A stretch of 64,000 nucleotides of DNA, from NCBI RefSeq assembly GCF_009834535.1, contig NC_045696.1:73782001-73846000 (forward strand), given 5' to 3'. How positions within the stretch are numbered: position 1 is the first letter of the stretch; each line of letters opens with the position of its first letter. The position numbers were made by a program, and so were the translations under genes. Origin of the DNA: Camelus ferus (taxonomy: Eukaryota). This document shows positions 27,045 to 39,239 of this stretch, in pieces. The notes below the pieces were generated by a model, which saw nothing but the letters and a program-made list of their open reading frames with translations, was not told the origin of the DNA and did not search any database.

Positions 27045-27839
27045 TAAGGCTAATTTATTAAAGGGATGAAAAAAATTTTGATATTATATTCTTCCTTCTC
27101 AAAATGTGGACTTTTATTCAATCTCCTTAAGATCAAATCATTAACTGTTTACCTATCTCTGACTCATTGAACTTCAACCATGAATAGGAAAGAGGAATCA
27201 GTCAAACATGAATTTTACGATAATATTTTCCTGCTCATGCCAGACTCCCCTCAAGGACATCTTCCGTTTGGAAAAATTGACTAGAGACTCAGTCATGCAA
27301 ATGAGTTTAGGACTGTATTTATCTTGATTGGTCCATGTTAGTTTATTTAAAGCTAAAGTCCTGACCTTTTATCGCTCACTGTGAACAGCCACAATAATGT
27401 AGCAACAAAAAGGACATGGAATTTCCCAAAGTTAGATGGTTCCTTTGATTCCCTTGCTTTGACTGGAGCTCAACCATGTGTTGCTCCAGGCTGTGGAAGG
27501 TCAGGTGTCCGTGTAGAAACAGCTGGGGTATATGCCATGACTTTAGCTGTCACATTAACCCAGTGTCACAGATTCAGGAGAAGCCTATTAATAATCTGTT
27601 CAGCTAATTTATTTTTAAATAATATTTATTATTTGTAATTATAAAAGTAATTCCTATTATTATAGAAAACTTATTTGGACATTTTGATTATCCATAATAG
27701 AATTGCAACCTGCCTGCAATTGCAACCAAAATAAATAGGGCTCTTATACAACTGAAGATATGGCACAAATTCCTTTTTATTAAAACTCATTCATTCTTAA
27801 AGAGGCCCTTGCTCAGAATCAATTTACTCTTACATTAGA

Positions 27840-30030
27840 TAGTGGTGGATAGGCTGGTGCCTAAAACACTGAGAGAGAGAAATCCCCTTTGACTAGGGGG
27901 AACATGGTCCAAGACTGAGGGTAAATCTCCATTGCATTTTTTTCTTTCTCTGTTCTCCTGCTGCTTGGTTCCAGATACAGGGGTAGTCCTGGGAAGTGCT
28001 TGAGAGATTGAGGAAACTAAAACCCTAGCTTTCTGGACAGAGGACCAGAAAGAAAGACCACAGGGAGCTGGACAGTGCCACAGAGACTGTGGGAAGAAGG
28101 GAGCTGAATAGTGATCCCATAAAGTGCTGTATGAATTCCTGGGCTCATCTCTGGGCTGTGATACATTTATCTAACCCAACAAAGAGTATCAAAGGCTTTG
28201 AGAACTGAACTATGGAGTAGACCACTGCCCAGGTCCCATGTTGGCTGTGGGAGGGGCACATATGGGATTGCTTAGGGTAGTACTGCAAAGACTTTGAAAA
28301 TTAAATTGACATTGGAACCACAGTTCACAGAAAGAAGATTGGAGCTTGCTACCTAAATAGGTTGACTGTTTACTACAACAGAAATATCAATATTTTTCTT
28401 AGAATTTAAGGAAGACCCAAAATCTCATCCATAGTATTTTAAATGTCCAGGATGAAGTCCAAAATTATTCAGCACATGAAAAACCAGGAAAATCTCAACT
28501 TACAAGGGAGAAGGAAATCAACAAATGCCAAGATAAGCATATGTTGGAATTATTAAAGACTTTAAAGTAGCTATTATAACAATGCTGCAAGAAGTGACAA
28601 GGAATGATTCTGAAATAAGAGGGAACCTAAAAAGTCTCAGCAAAGAAATAGAAGATACCAGGTGAAAACCATATGAACATTTTAGAACTGAAAAATATGA
28701 AAGTTGAAAACTTACAAATTCACCAAATGGGCTCAATAGCAAAATAGAGATATAGAGACGACAAACTGATCAATTCAAATGTCCAGTCTGAACAAAAATT
28801 TTAAAAAAAGATTAAAAAATGAGCAGAGCTTCAGGAACTATAGGACAATACCAAAAGGTCTAACTTCAATGTTATCAGAATCCCAGAAAGAGAGCAGAAA
28901 GAATGTGGTATAGAAAAACCTTTCAAGAATTAATGGCTGAAATAAAAAAAGAAAAAAGAAATGAATAAAAATACAAAAAAAAAAATCCCCCAAACAAAAA
29001 CAAACAAACAAAAAGAATTAATGGCTGAAAACTTCCCATGTTTGGCGAAACATATAAACATATAATCAAGAGCTCAGAAACCATAAATGGGATAAGCGCA
29101 AAGAAATCCATGCCCAGATGCATGATAATTAAGTTACTGAAAACTAAAGACAAAAAAATCTTGAATGGATCTAGAGAAAAATGAAGCATTACATTTAAGG
29201 AAAAAAAATCACTTGAATAGATGAGGATTTCTCATCAGAAAATACTAAGGCCGAAGGAAGTGGTAATGATGTTTTAAAAGTGCACAAAGAAAAGAATCCA
29301 GAATTCTGCAACCAGTGAAAATTTCTTCCATTAATGAAGGTAAAATAAAGACGTTCTCAGATGAAAGAAAACTAATGGAATTGATCATCAGCAACCAGCC
29401 CTAAAACAAACAATGGAGGAAATTATTCAGATGGAGGAGAAATAATACCAGAGGGGAACCTGAAACCTAAGTGGTCAATTTTGAAGTAAATATAATGGAG
29501 TAGTCTTCTTAAGTTCTTTAAAATATATATGGCAGTTGAAAGCAAAAATTATAACATTGTCCAATGGGGTTCTCAATATATGTAGATCCATAGTACATAT
29601 GCTGCTTGCAATATAAAAATGGGAGGAGAAAAAGGACCTGTATGGTGATCAGGTTTCTACATTCCACTTGAAGTAGTAAAATATTAATTCTAAGTAGAAT
29701 GTGAAAACTGAAGGATATGTATTATAACCCCTAGAGAAACCACTAAAAATTACACGAAGTGTATGATTAAAAAACTCAATATGTATATTAAAATAAAGTA
29801 CAAAAAATTCAAACAATCAAAAGAATGTAGGAAAGTGGGAACAGAGGAATAAAATATAGAGAGAATAACCAAAACACAAATATTAACATGGTAGATCTAA
29901 ACTAAAAAAATACCTATAATGGCAGTAAATGAAAGTTGTCTAAACACACTAATTAAAAGACAAATTGTCAGAATGGATAAAAAACACTATGTGATGCTTA
30001 CAAGAAACTCACTTTAAGTATCACAATATA
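27840..30030 (+). mobile_element. Old L1M: 5' region, ORF1 and start of ORF2 endonuclease
   Basis: ORF1 relic PRCMIIKLLKTKDKKIL at ~29110-29165; atcagaatcccagaaag (IRIPE); EN start ctaaacacactaattaaaagaca...gaatggataaaa...cttacaagaaactcacttt (LNT.IKRQ..EWIK..LQETHF). Confidence 0.88.
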
Positions 30031-30033
30031 GTA

Positions 30034-32397
30034 GAGGAGGTGCAAGATGTTAGAGTAGGGAGACACAGCTTGCCCTCTCCCACAAATACACCAAGAATTA
30101 CATCTACAAACCCACTGAATCGCACAGAACACTTACTGAACTCTGGCAGAGCATTTCTCACTTTGAAATACAGGATTCTCACAAAATCTGGTAAGAGGGG
30201 AAAAAAAAGAAAAAAGAAAAAATCAGTGTGGGACTGGTCCTACAGGGAGGGAGTGGCAAAGGAAGAAAAGCACCCTTATGCTGGGTCACCCCCACTTGAG
30301 TGGGAAGGTGAGCAGGGACAAAAGCGGAGCCTCTGAGGCTCGAAGAAAGTGGCAACTGCTAGGCAGACAGAACTAACAAAAACTGGCATGGAGGGTCCCT
30401 GCAATCCCCAGCCCTAGATGCGAGCAGGCAGGGATGAGCCAGGACTGGCTGCAGGAGATCGCACAGAGGGCTGGGGCCCACTGCACAGAGGCAGCCTCAG
30501 GGGACTGGAGTGCAGTGTGAGCTCTGGCTGGGGGTGTGTGTGTGTGGAACAGAACAGCCTGAGATCCCCCGAAAAGGACCATTGCTGGTGTGTGTGGCAG
30601 GAATGAGCGCAAGGCAGCCGCTGCCTCCGCTTGGCTCCATGGTTGGTGATGTTCTTGCGAGAAGAGAGGTGGGGCTCGGTCATAGCCGCCGTGTGGCTGC
30701 CGCAGCTGCCTCCGGCTGTGTGGAGGCTGGGCTGAAAGCTGAATCCATACCCAGGGGCTCTGCAACTCCACAGGCAGGACTGAGATTTGTTTACAGCCCC
30801 AGGCAGAGAAGGTGGATTTGTTCACTCTGGACCCTTTGTGGACCCGCACCTTTGAGAAAAACAGGCAGTGAGTGGAGTTCTGGCGCACAGCAGGGGTGAG
30901 TACAGGTATTTACAACAGGCCGGCATACCATACCACACACGGGGGCAGGGCTGGGGGCTGCAGTGACCCTGTGGTGCACCACAGATTCAGGTGTGTGACT
31001 GCATGCTTGCTATGGCGGGCCCTAGCACCTGACACTGGCAGATTTGTGCGAGTGGTTCCTGGGGCCCAGAACCTGGGGAGACACCAAAGTGGGTGGCCAA
31101 CATTCTCACAGCTAAGGCAGGGACAAAGGCAGCGTCAATAAAGATTACTTTGTAAGCCCACATAACAAGTGACAGACAATACCACAGAGGGCACTTACCA
31201 GAGAACATCTCCTGCGGAGGTATAGTCAGTGACACTTCTTCCCAGGTGAAGCGCTCCAACCCTGCCTACGACACACCACAGCTCAGAAATGGGTCTAGAA
31301 GCCTCTATTCCAGCAATAGGGGAGCAGACCTGGCCCCTGTCAAGGCTGTGACAACCACAGAACAAAAAAGGAGTCCCCGCTCAACAACAACAGTCAAGGC
31401 AGGCTCTAATCACCACAGCACCAACCACTCAGTCAAAGTGACAATAGCCAACACACGGAAGAAAGGTGTGGCAACCATCCATACTAAGAACAGCCCTCAC
31501 AACAGAACTATTAGAGGCACCCAGTCTACACAGGAACACTCCCACTTTAAATCAAAACAAACAAACAAGCAAATAAAAAGCCAGCCCTTCAAGACCACAG
31601 AAGATAACTGATACTCCTAAATCCATTCAGCCAGAGAAATATAAGTAAAATGAAGCAGGGGGACCACTCCCAATTAAAAGAACAAGAGAAGTCTCCCGAA
31701 AGAACGAACAATGAGATAGAACTCGACAATCTGCTAGATCATAACTTCAAAAAGGGGATGATTAAAGCACTGAAGGAATAAGAGAGACTATGAATACAGA
31801 GAATACTATATAAAGGAAATAGAAACTATAAAGAAGAGTCAGTTAAAAACAGAAAACTCAATGGCTGAGATAAGAGCCAAGCTAAAAGCTGACCAGATAA
31901 TGCAGAGGAACGAATAAGTGACTTAGAAGACAGGATAACAGATGTCACCCAATCAAAACAGCAGAGAGAAAAGCAAGTAAAAACCAATGAAAGAAATATA
32001 AGGGACCTATGGGATAAAGTAAATTGTGCCAACCTATGCATAATAGGGGTCCCAGAAGGAGAAGAAAGAGAAAAGGGGATTGAAAAGGTATTTGAGGAAA
32101 TCATGACTGAAAACTTTCCAAGCCTCAAGAAGGAAACATATCCAAGTACAGGAAGCATGGAGGGTCCTAAACATCCTAAACAAGAAGAACCCAAACAGAC
32201 CTATACCAAGACATATTATAATTGAGATGGCCAAAGTTAAAGATAAAGAAATTATTCTAAAGGCAGCAAGAGGAAAACAAAGAGATAGTTACAAGAGAAC
32301 CCCCATAAGGCCTTCAGCTGATTTCTCTACACAAACACTCCTGGCCAGAAGGGAATGGCAAGATACATTCGAAGTCCTGAATGAGAAAAAGCTGTAA
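30034..32397 (+). mobile_element. Younger cetartiodactyl-type L1: GC-rich 5'UTR plus disrupted ORF1, 3'-truncated
   Basis: Starts gaggagg.gcaagatg.tagagtag...ctctcccacaaatacacc. ORF1 ATG at 31650 (MKQGDHSQLKEQEKSPERTNNE), later AEERISDLEDR..RDLWD..IIGVPEGEEREKGIEKVFEEIMTENFP, with stops and frameshifts. Ends within ORF1. Confidence 0.93.
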
Positions 32398-32401
32398 TTT
32401 T

Positions 32402-32667
32402 AGAATTCCCAATTTATCCCTTCCCACCCCTTTACCCATGGTAACCATAAGTTTGTTCTCTATGTCTGTGAGTCTGTTTTGTAGATAAGTTCATTTGTCT
32501 CTCTCTCTCTCTCTCTTTTTTTTTTTAAGATTCCACGTATAAGCAATATCATATGGCATTTTTCTTGCTCTTTCTGGCTCACTTCACTTAGGATGATGAT
32601 CCCCAGGTCCATCCTTGTTGCTCCAAATGGCATTATTTTATTCTCTTCTATGGCTGAGTAGTATTCC

Positions 32668-32735
<68 letters not shown>

Positions 32736-32861
32736 CATATATTCATTTTACACACACACACCCCCCCACATTTTCTTTAGCCAGTTATCTGTTGATGGAC
32801 ATTTGGGATGTTTCCATGTCTTAGGTATTGTAAATAGTGCTGCTATGAACATTGGGGCACC
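32402..32861 (-). mobile_element. L1 ORF2-end/3'UTR fragment lacking its poly(A) end
   Basis: ggtaaccataagtttgttctctatgtctgtgagtctgttt...tatggctgagtagtattccatt...gttgatggacatttggg...gtgctgctatgaacattgggg; minus ORF has MEYYSAI..IMPF.AT.MDL..IILSEVSQ. Confidence 0.93.
32670..32734. repeat. Compound (TA)n(TG)n microsatellite inside L1
   Basis: Seen directly. Confidence 0.95.
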
Positions 32862-33315
32862 TATTTGATGTTAAAATAACAAAGTGTGACAGCTTCCTTG
32901 CCATTGATTCAACATAACTTATTTTAACATTTTACTTGAGTGTCACCCATTCATCACTGTAGAAACATCTTTATTGTGGGTGACACTGGGGATTGATTCA
33001 CATTCCAGAGAGCAAACTTTGCCTAGCACCTGTGGACTGTATTTTCTTGGATTGACTCACATTTCTCCCCTCTTGATGACCTCCCTCTTGACTGGTTAAT
33101 TTCATTGTTGAAAATGGGAATCAGGATTGGAAGAGGTGATCCATTCATTTAATATATTATCATTCAGCACTTACTTTGTAATAAGCACTGTGTTAAATAG
33201 TGGGTAAACAGCACCAGAACTTGTGCTCCAAAGGGAAAGCAAATACAACAAATTACAATTAAGTAAGCAATTAGAATAAAAGGCATTGGATGCTATGACA
33301 GTTGAAATATACTTT

Positions 33316-33351
33316 TTTTTTAATTCAAGTGTAGTTGATGTACTACTGTGT
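33316..33351 (-). mobile_element. Ultra-short (~36 bp) L1 3' terminus insertion
   Basis: Reverse complement acacagtagtacatcaactacacttgaattaaaaaa is the L1 terminal motif. TSD gttgaaatatacttt 33301-33315 / gttgaaatatagttt 33352-33366. Confidence 0.75.
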
Positions 33352-34439
33352 GTTGAAATATAGTTTAAAGGACAAAGATCACTTTGAGTTCAACTTCCCT
33401 TTGCAGTTGCTTTTCCATTATTCACCATGGTAAGCAAGGGTAGAAAATAGTATACCAAAACAGGTGTCTGAGCTGGTGGAGGACTGGCAGGATAGGGAAG
33501 GGAAACATCCTTCAGATGTGCCCTGATACGTTCATAATGGTGTCATAGACCCAAAGAAGATTAGAACACAGTGTTATAAGTTCACCACCCAGATCATCTT
33601 TCAAATTAGAGATGCCAAAAGATTGCAAGATTCCAAAATTAGGATCTCCTTAGTTTCTCCAAGTGAATATGCTTACCAGCATTGCCAATATGATTTTACA
33701 AGTATTTATCAAAAGCTGACCTGAGGAAAGGACTCTGCTTGTAAAAAGTAAAAAGATTTGTTATTTTAAAGAAAACACTTTTCTATAACTAAAGACTCTA
33801 ATGTCATATTACATTGTGGCTTCCAATAATGTACAGGAGACAGGTGTCTAATGAAGCCATAAGAGACAGAGATAGAACTCAGAAGATGAAATGGGGGGTT
33901 AAATCAAATCTCATGGTCAGCATGTTTAAAACTGGTTTCTCAGATTAGAGAGGGCATAAGGAGCTGGAATGGAAAAGGAATTCCAATGAGTGAAATCACC
34001 AACTTTTTGACTGTACTAGAGAGAAGAGTAACTCTTTAGCTTGCATCCTTCGACAAATGGTTACAAAAAAACCCAGGGAGTTAAAATTAACACGAGCATT
34101 ATTACTGGCTGTTTTGTCAGGCTTAGCATCCTGCTGTAGACGGACAGTTCAATGGATTAAGATGTTTCATTCAGTCACAGAAGCTTTCAACTAGCAAGGT
34201 CAATTCCTTATTTATGGTAGATCATCAAATCTGTAAGAACAGTGGTGAAACCTATTAATGAGAACAACAGAGTTGTCCTGGCTTGGCAATGCCTCATAGA
34301 TTGCATACAATTGAATAACAACAAGCATACTGCACATAACTTGGTGATCTATAAAGATGTCAGTCTTCTGGACATTCTTAAAAATTAGAAGATTCCCAAA
34401 AGGAGAACTTAAAGAACTAATATCTAACCTTAGTTAAAA

Positions 34440-34615
34440 TTCCACTGAATATTAGTATAAAGTTTTATAAAGTATGCACAGGTACATTCACTCAATCCAT
34501 ACAAGAACTTGTAAGAGAAGTTATTATTTCTTTTTTTATAGATAATCAATCTGAGGATCAGAGATGATAAATGACTTACTGAAGCTCAAATTATTGGTAA
34601 GTGGCAGACTGGGAA
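34440..34615 (-). mobile_element. MIR
   Basis: ctgaggatcagagatgataaatgacttactgaag...ggtaagtggcagactggga. Confidence 0.7.
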
Positions 34616-35799
34616 CTTCCCTTTTTTGGATTATTCAGCCTCATTGAAATGGGAGATAACTTGAATATGTAAATAACCTCCATAAAAACATTGTTCAAAA
34701 GTGTAAAAATTTACCACAACTTTCAGAGATATCACTGCTATATAAGTACCAAGTAATTTTATGTTGAGTGTAGGTCAACACCTTGAGATCTTATTCTAAG
34801 CGTGGTAAGTTAAAATGTGATTAAATTATTAATTGACATCAGTTAATGGCATTTTAAGCTCATTTTTGTTTTATTTATAAAAATAATATGAGCTTTCTGT
34901 AGAACAATTCAAAAAGAGGGATAAACCAAAAGAAAGATTATCCAACCCTCAAATTCTTGGCCAGAGAAATCACTATAAATTTTATTGTATATCCTTCTAT
35001 TGTTTCATTTAAGTGTGTGTGTATATATACATAAAATATATATATTTACATATAGTCAGTATATACTAGATTTTATTTATATTATATATTTATATTATGT
35101 ATTTCATATATATACTTAAACATATACAGAAAATAAAACATACACATCTATAGATATATTACGCACATTTTAAATATATGCATATTTTACATTTATATAA
35201 CGATATAAATATATTTGTATATATGCCCATGTAAAATAAAATTATTGAGGCTATTCTATATATTCTGCTTTTATATTGATTTTTGAAAATTTGTCATGGA
35301 CATCTTTTCATTCAATAAATATCCTTCTACAGCATTACTTTTATGACAACATTGTTTGACATTTCAGATTGTTGTTAGAAACAATACTATGATGAACATT
35401 CTTGCAGTTTTTACTTTGTCTAAATTCTCAATTATTTCCTGAAGGTAAATTTCTAGGAATGAGTTCTGCTGCGTGTTGACAAGTTGTCCTTCAGGAAGTT
35501 GTACTTCCACCAGCAGTGTGTAAGAGTGCTTGTTTCCTCATACACATGCTGGGAGGGGATATTTTTAGTTTATCAATTGGCATTTATTAAATTTCCTACA
35601 TGCCCATGGCTCTGTCCTTCTGAGGATCTCATGTTCCAAGTGACTGATCCTGAGATACATATGCATAGGGGAGTGACAGGCAGACCAGCTTGGCTGCAAG
35701 GTTTAACAAGATAATCCACATATGCATGTGGTAGAGTATCTACATGCAGTAAATGCTAAGTAAATGGTAGCTACTTATTATTATTGTTATTTTAGTTTG

Positions 35800-36110
35800 G
35801 AATCTTCCCTTCCATCTCCACTAGGAAAAGTCCTATTCTTTCAGCACCCAAGTGGAGTATAATCTTTCTGACACCTTTCTTGATTTCCCCAAGGATGATT
35901 TAGACCCTTTCTCTTTGCACTCAGCACACTGTGTACACACTTCTGTTGTAAGTCATATCACATTGTAACATAATTATTCTTTATCTCTTTGACTCTCTCA
36001 GTACATTGTGAATGCCTGTGAATAAGGACTGTGTCTTATCGCTTCCCACAGCACTGAGCACAAGCCCTGACAAGGTAGCAATGCAATAAATGTTACATGA
36101 ATGAATGGAT
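35800..36110 (+). mobile_element. L2 3' region
   Basis: tcctattctttcagcacccaag...ttgtgaatgcctgtgaataaggactgtgtctt...cacagcactgagcaca..cctgaca...caataaatgttacatgaatgaatggatga. Confidence 0.85.
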
Positions 36111-36429
36111 GAAGAAGCAAAAGGATAGATTTTGCTCTTCAGATGGGTGTGTGTGACTTCCTCATGACTCTTTATTTTAGGATTTAAGATATGGAAGAAA
36201 GTAGGTGAGGACTATGTTCCTACTTCCTTGGAAGTTGGCAATACAATTAAGAAAATATGAAACAAGCATGAGGAAAACTATGGTTGAAGGTGTCATGGGA
36301 AGTTTCATCACAATACCTGTGTGTGGATTTGAGTTACTGAGCTCCTTCTTTTCTACCTGTTTAGTCAGAGTATGTCATCGAATAGGAGAAGCTTACCAAG
36401 TTCTCTGAAGGAGGGAAAGCTAGCAGATT

Positions 36430-36900
36430 CTTGTGGACTTGTCTACCCAGACTGCATTCCTCTTCCCTAATCCAAATGGATGGGCCATTTTCACCCCTTC
36501 CTGGCTGTGACTGAGCCAGAGTAGATACCTAACTTAGGAGAAACCAATCCATTCATTGTAGGGACACATGGGGACATGTAGGGACACTCAGGGTGGCCGT
36601 CTTTAGCTTTGTGTGTGGAGTAGCAGAATAAGCACTTCTGCAGAGTAAGAAGAACAATACAGATGTGCACCAAGAAGCAGAAACATGCAATGGGATAGAG
36701 TGAAAGAGAAAGAGGGATAGAAGAAAAAAGAAAAGAAGAGAGAAAGAATTAGTTGCCTGTGCTTTCCAGTCTGACTCTGGTCCTGTGTGGAGCTCAACTG
36801 GGCCCTGTGCTCTAAATCCCAGGAGATACCCTGAGATTAATTTAGAACATTTTCCATTTTACTTGTTCATTAGAGTGGTGTTGGTTACATCTAACCGGTG
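36430..36900 (+). mobile_element. ERVL LTR16-like solo LTR (old)
   Basis: tgtggac...cattcctcttcc...ccaatc...ggtggccgtctt...ttccattttacttgttcattagagtggtgttggttacatctaacc resembles LTR16 architecture. Confidence 0.5.
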
Positions 36901-37110
36901 GAATTTTCAACAAGGCAGTAGGGTAGTTGGTTTTACAAGTATAGTAGTGTATCCTAGTAGTGCCAGGATTCTGTCCCAAAAGACTTGTTAGAGGGTGTGT
37001 GATGGGAGGGTGTCATGTTGCTGTCTCATGGAGAGTTCCTGGTGCTTGATGCATAAGTCAGCCTTGAGGGCACCTCAGCAAAGGGGTCAAGCTAGGTGTC
37101 AAAAAGACTT

Positions 37111-37259
37111 TCTCATAGCAGGATACATGGCATATTAGTAAACCCTTGATAAATATTTGATTACTGAATCTTAGTATGTCCAACAATTTGCTCAATAATT
37201 CCTCTGTTATAAATCATTTCCAGTTTGTTCACTGTTGTAAATCACATAATGATGAACTT
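37111..37259 (+). repeat. Dispersed duplicate of 39328-39480
   Basis: Manual alignment: about 20 substitutions and one small indel over ~150 bp (~84% identity). Confidence 0.9.
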
Positions 37260-38748
37260 GACTGTGATCCAGATGGGTTTTGGAGTGTACCCTTGCCCCC
37301 CATTAACCCTAATGCAGCCTGGGGAATCTCAGTATTCCTAGGGTAGCCTTGCATTGTAGCACATTGATAGAGACAAGGATTAGGATCTTTTGAATTGGAA
37401 GCAGCCTGCTGACAGAAGGGGAAGATTTGCAAGGTAATCTAAAAACTTCCTGGGAAAAATTTAAAAATATACCTGTAGAGTGATTTATTCAAACTTTTGA
37501 GAGTGATGGGGCACTATTAATAGTTTACCAAAACAAGACATAAAGTGGAGCTGTCTTCAGCAAATACAGTGGTATTGTCACCATGCTCTCAGTAATGTGC
37601 AGTGATTTACATATATATTTAATTAACAAAGGTCATAAGGACAGATATTTATTTTTATTTGGGAGTACTCATTTACTCTTGTTTTTTAAAAACAAATCTT
37701 TATTTATTATAGACAAAAGTTATAAAAAGTAAACATGCAGGAAGAAGGCAATTAAAAAAACCTGCCACTCATCTCTTAAGGATAATAACTATTAATATTT
37801 TGATATGTACCCTTCAAGAATTTTCTATGTATGTATATGATACATTTAAATAAAAGATTAGACCATATTGTATCTTTTATTGTATAAATTGCTTTTTTTA
37901 AATTGCTTTTTAATGCTTCCATGTCAGCATTTTTAATGATTACTTTCTAATTTGTTTATGATTACCATAATTCTTTTAACAACCCTTGTTCTTGGCCATT
38001 TAGACTGTCTCCAGTTTTATGAATTGTGCTTTAAAAGGCTGCTTATTCTCCTGCAATATTTTTTCTTACAAAATAAAAGTGGAGAAGTAGAGGTGGCTTG
38101 TACAGAGGACCATGCCCTCAAAGAGCTCTCAGGTTAGAAGCCTGTTGTAGGCTGTATAAATAAGTCTGTTTAAGCATTTAACTGGTCACCAAATCAAATG
38201 TCTGGTTTTTTGTTTTTTTTGTTTTTTTCTTTTTTTTTCCTTCATTTCCTGCAAGACAAAGGGAAGCATTTGGAAACAGGGCCTGTGCACCCCCTTGTGT
38301 CATCTGGGTGAAATGTGCTTCTAGCATTTCTTCTCCATCAGAATAGTCCTTTCCAACACAGGAGGAAGCAGGCTTTGCAAAAGACTGCAATAGAAATTAA
38401 AACACACCAAAAAAGGACAGTGTATTTTGTCTTTATATACTTAGGAACTTTCCTTACTATGAAGTGATTCTGGCTTTTGAGTACAGGATTAGGTATGATT
38501 CTTTTTATGGTAGCCCACATTTGATACAATGCCATTTTGTATCATTAAAAAAAATTTAATACTAATATACTCATTGTAGAAAATTGTTGAAAAATTATTC
38601 TGTTACCCTCACTTGGGGATAACAATGATTAACATTTTCATGTATTTTCTCCTAATATCTTTCTCTATGTATATATGTATATAAATTAGATAGTGGATAG
38701 TATAATAAGGGTTTTATAGCATTGTAAAGTATGATATTATTTTAAAGG

Positions 38749-39239
38749 TGTCTACTGAAATAAATGCACAGCCTTAAAGTTGAGAGTTATGTTTTATTTG
38801 GCGGGAGGACTGGAGCCAGGATGACAGCCTCTCAGATTGCTCTGAGGGACTGCTCCGAAGAGGTAGAGGAGGAGCTAGGATATATATATATATATATAGG
38901 AGCTTTACAACAAAGACCAGGTAGTTGGAACATTAAAATATTACTTGTTAACTAAAGAAAACCAGGCATCTCAAGTTAAAGAATTTAGTGCTTTTCTATA
39001 TACGGGAGGAAGTAAACATTTGGGCTCATTGAATTCATTCCTTTGACAAGCACCTAGCTATCTAGGGCCAGTATCCTGTCCTTTCTTATTCTGAGTCCCC
39101 TCAGGGTGCACCATTGTGAGTGGCTGCAGAGGTTGGGCTGCAGGCTTGTCTTCACTGGGGGGTGGCGGCATTGGCTGATGACTTGATCATTTCAGCGTTC
39201 TTTGTTTACTGATATGGTTTGCAGTATTCTTCGTTCGCA
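38749..39239 (-). mobile_element. ERV1-class solo LTR (491 bp)
   Basis: TG...CA termini with 4-bp TSD aagg (38745-38748 / 39240-39243). AATAAA on the minus strand near 38795; several retained CpGs. Confidence 0.9.

Noticed and set aside
30373..30888. 171-aa antisense ORF as an ORF0-like gene
   Set aside because: Lies in the GC-rich L1 5'UTR, where stop-poor frames are expected. ORF0 is described for primate L1, and no similarity is evident.
33677..33720. 44-nt minus-strand exon candidate (tttcctcAG...GTAAGC; QLLINTCKIILAML)
   Set aside because: Short polypyrimidine tract, no partner exons and no recognisable peptide; pseudo-exons of this quality are common.
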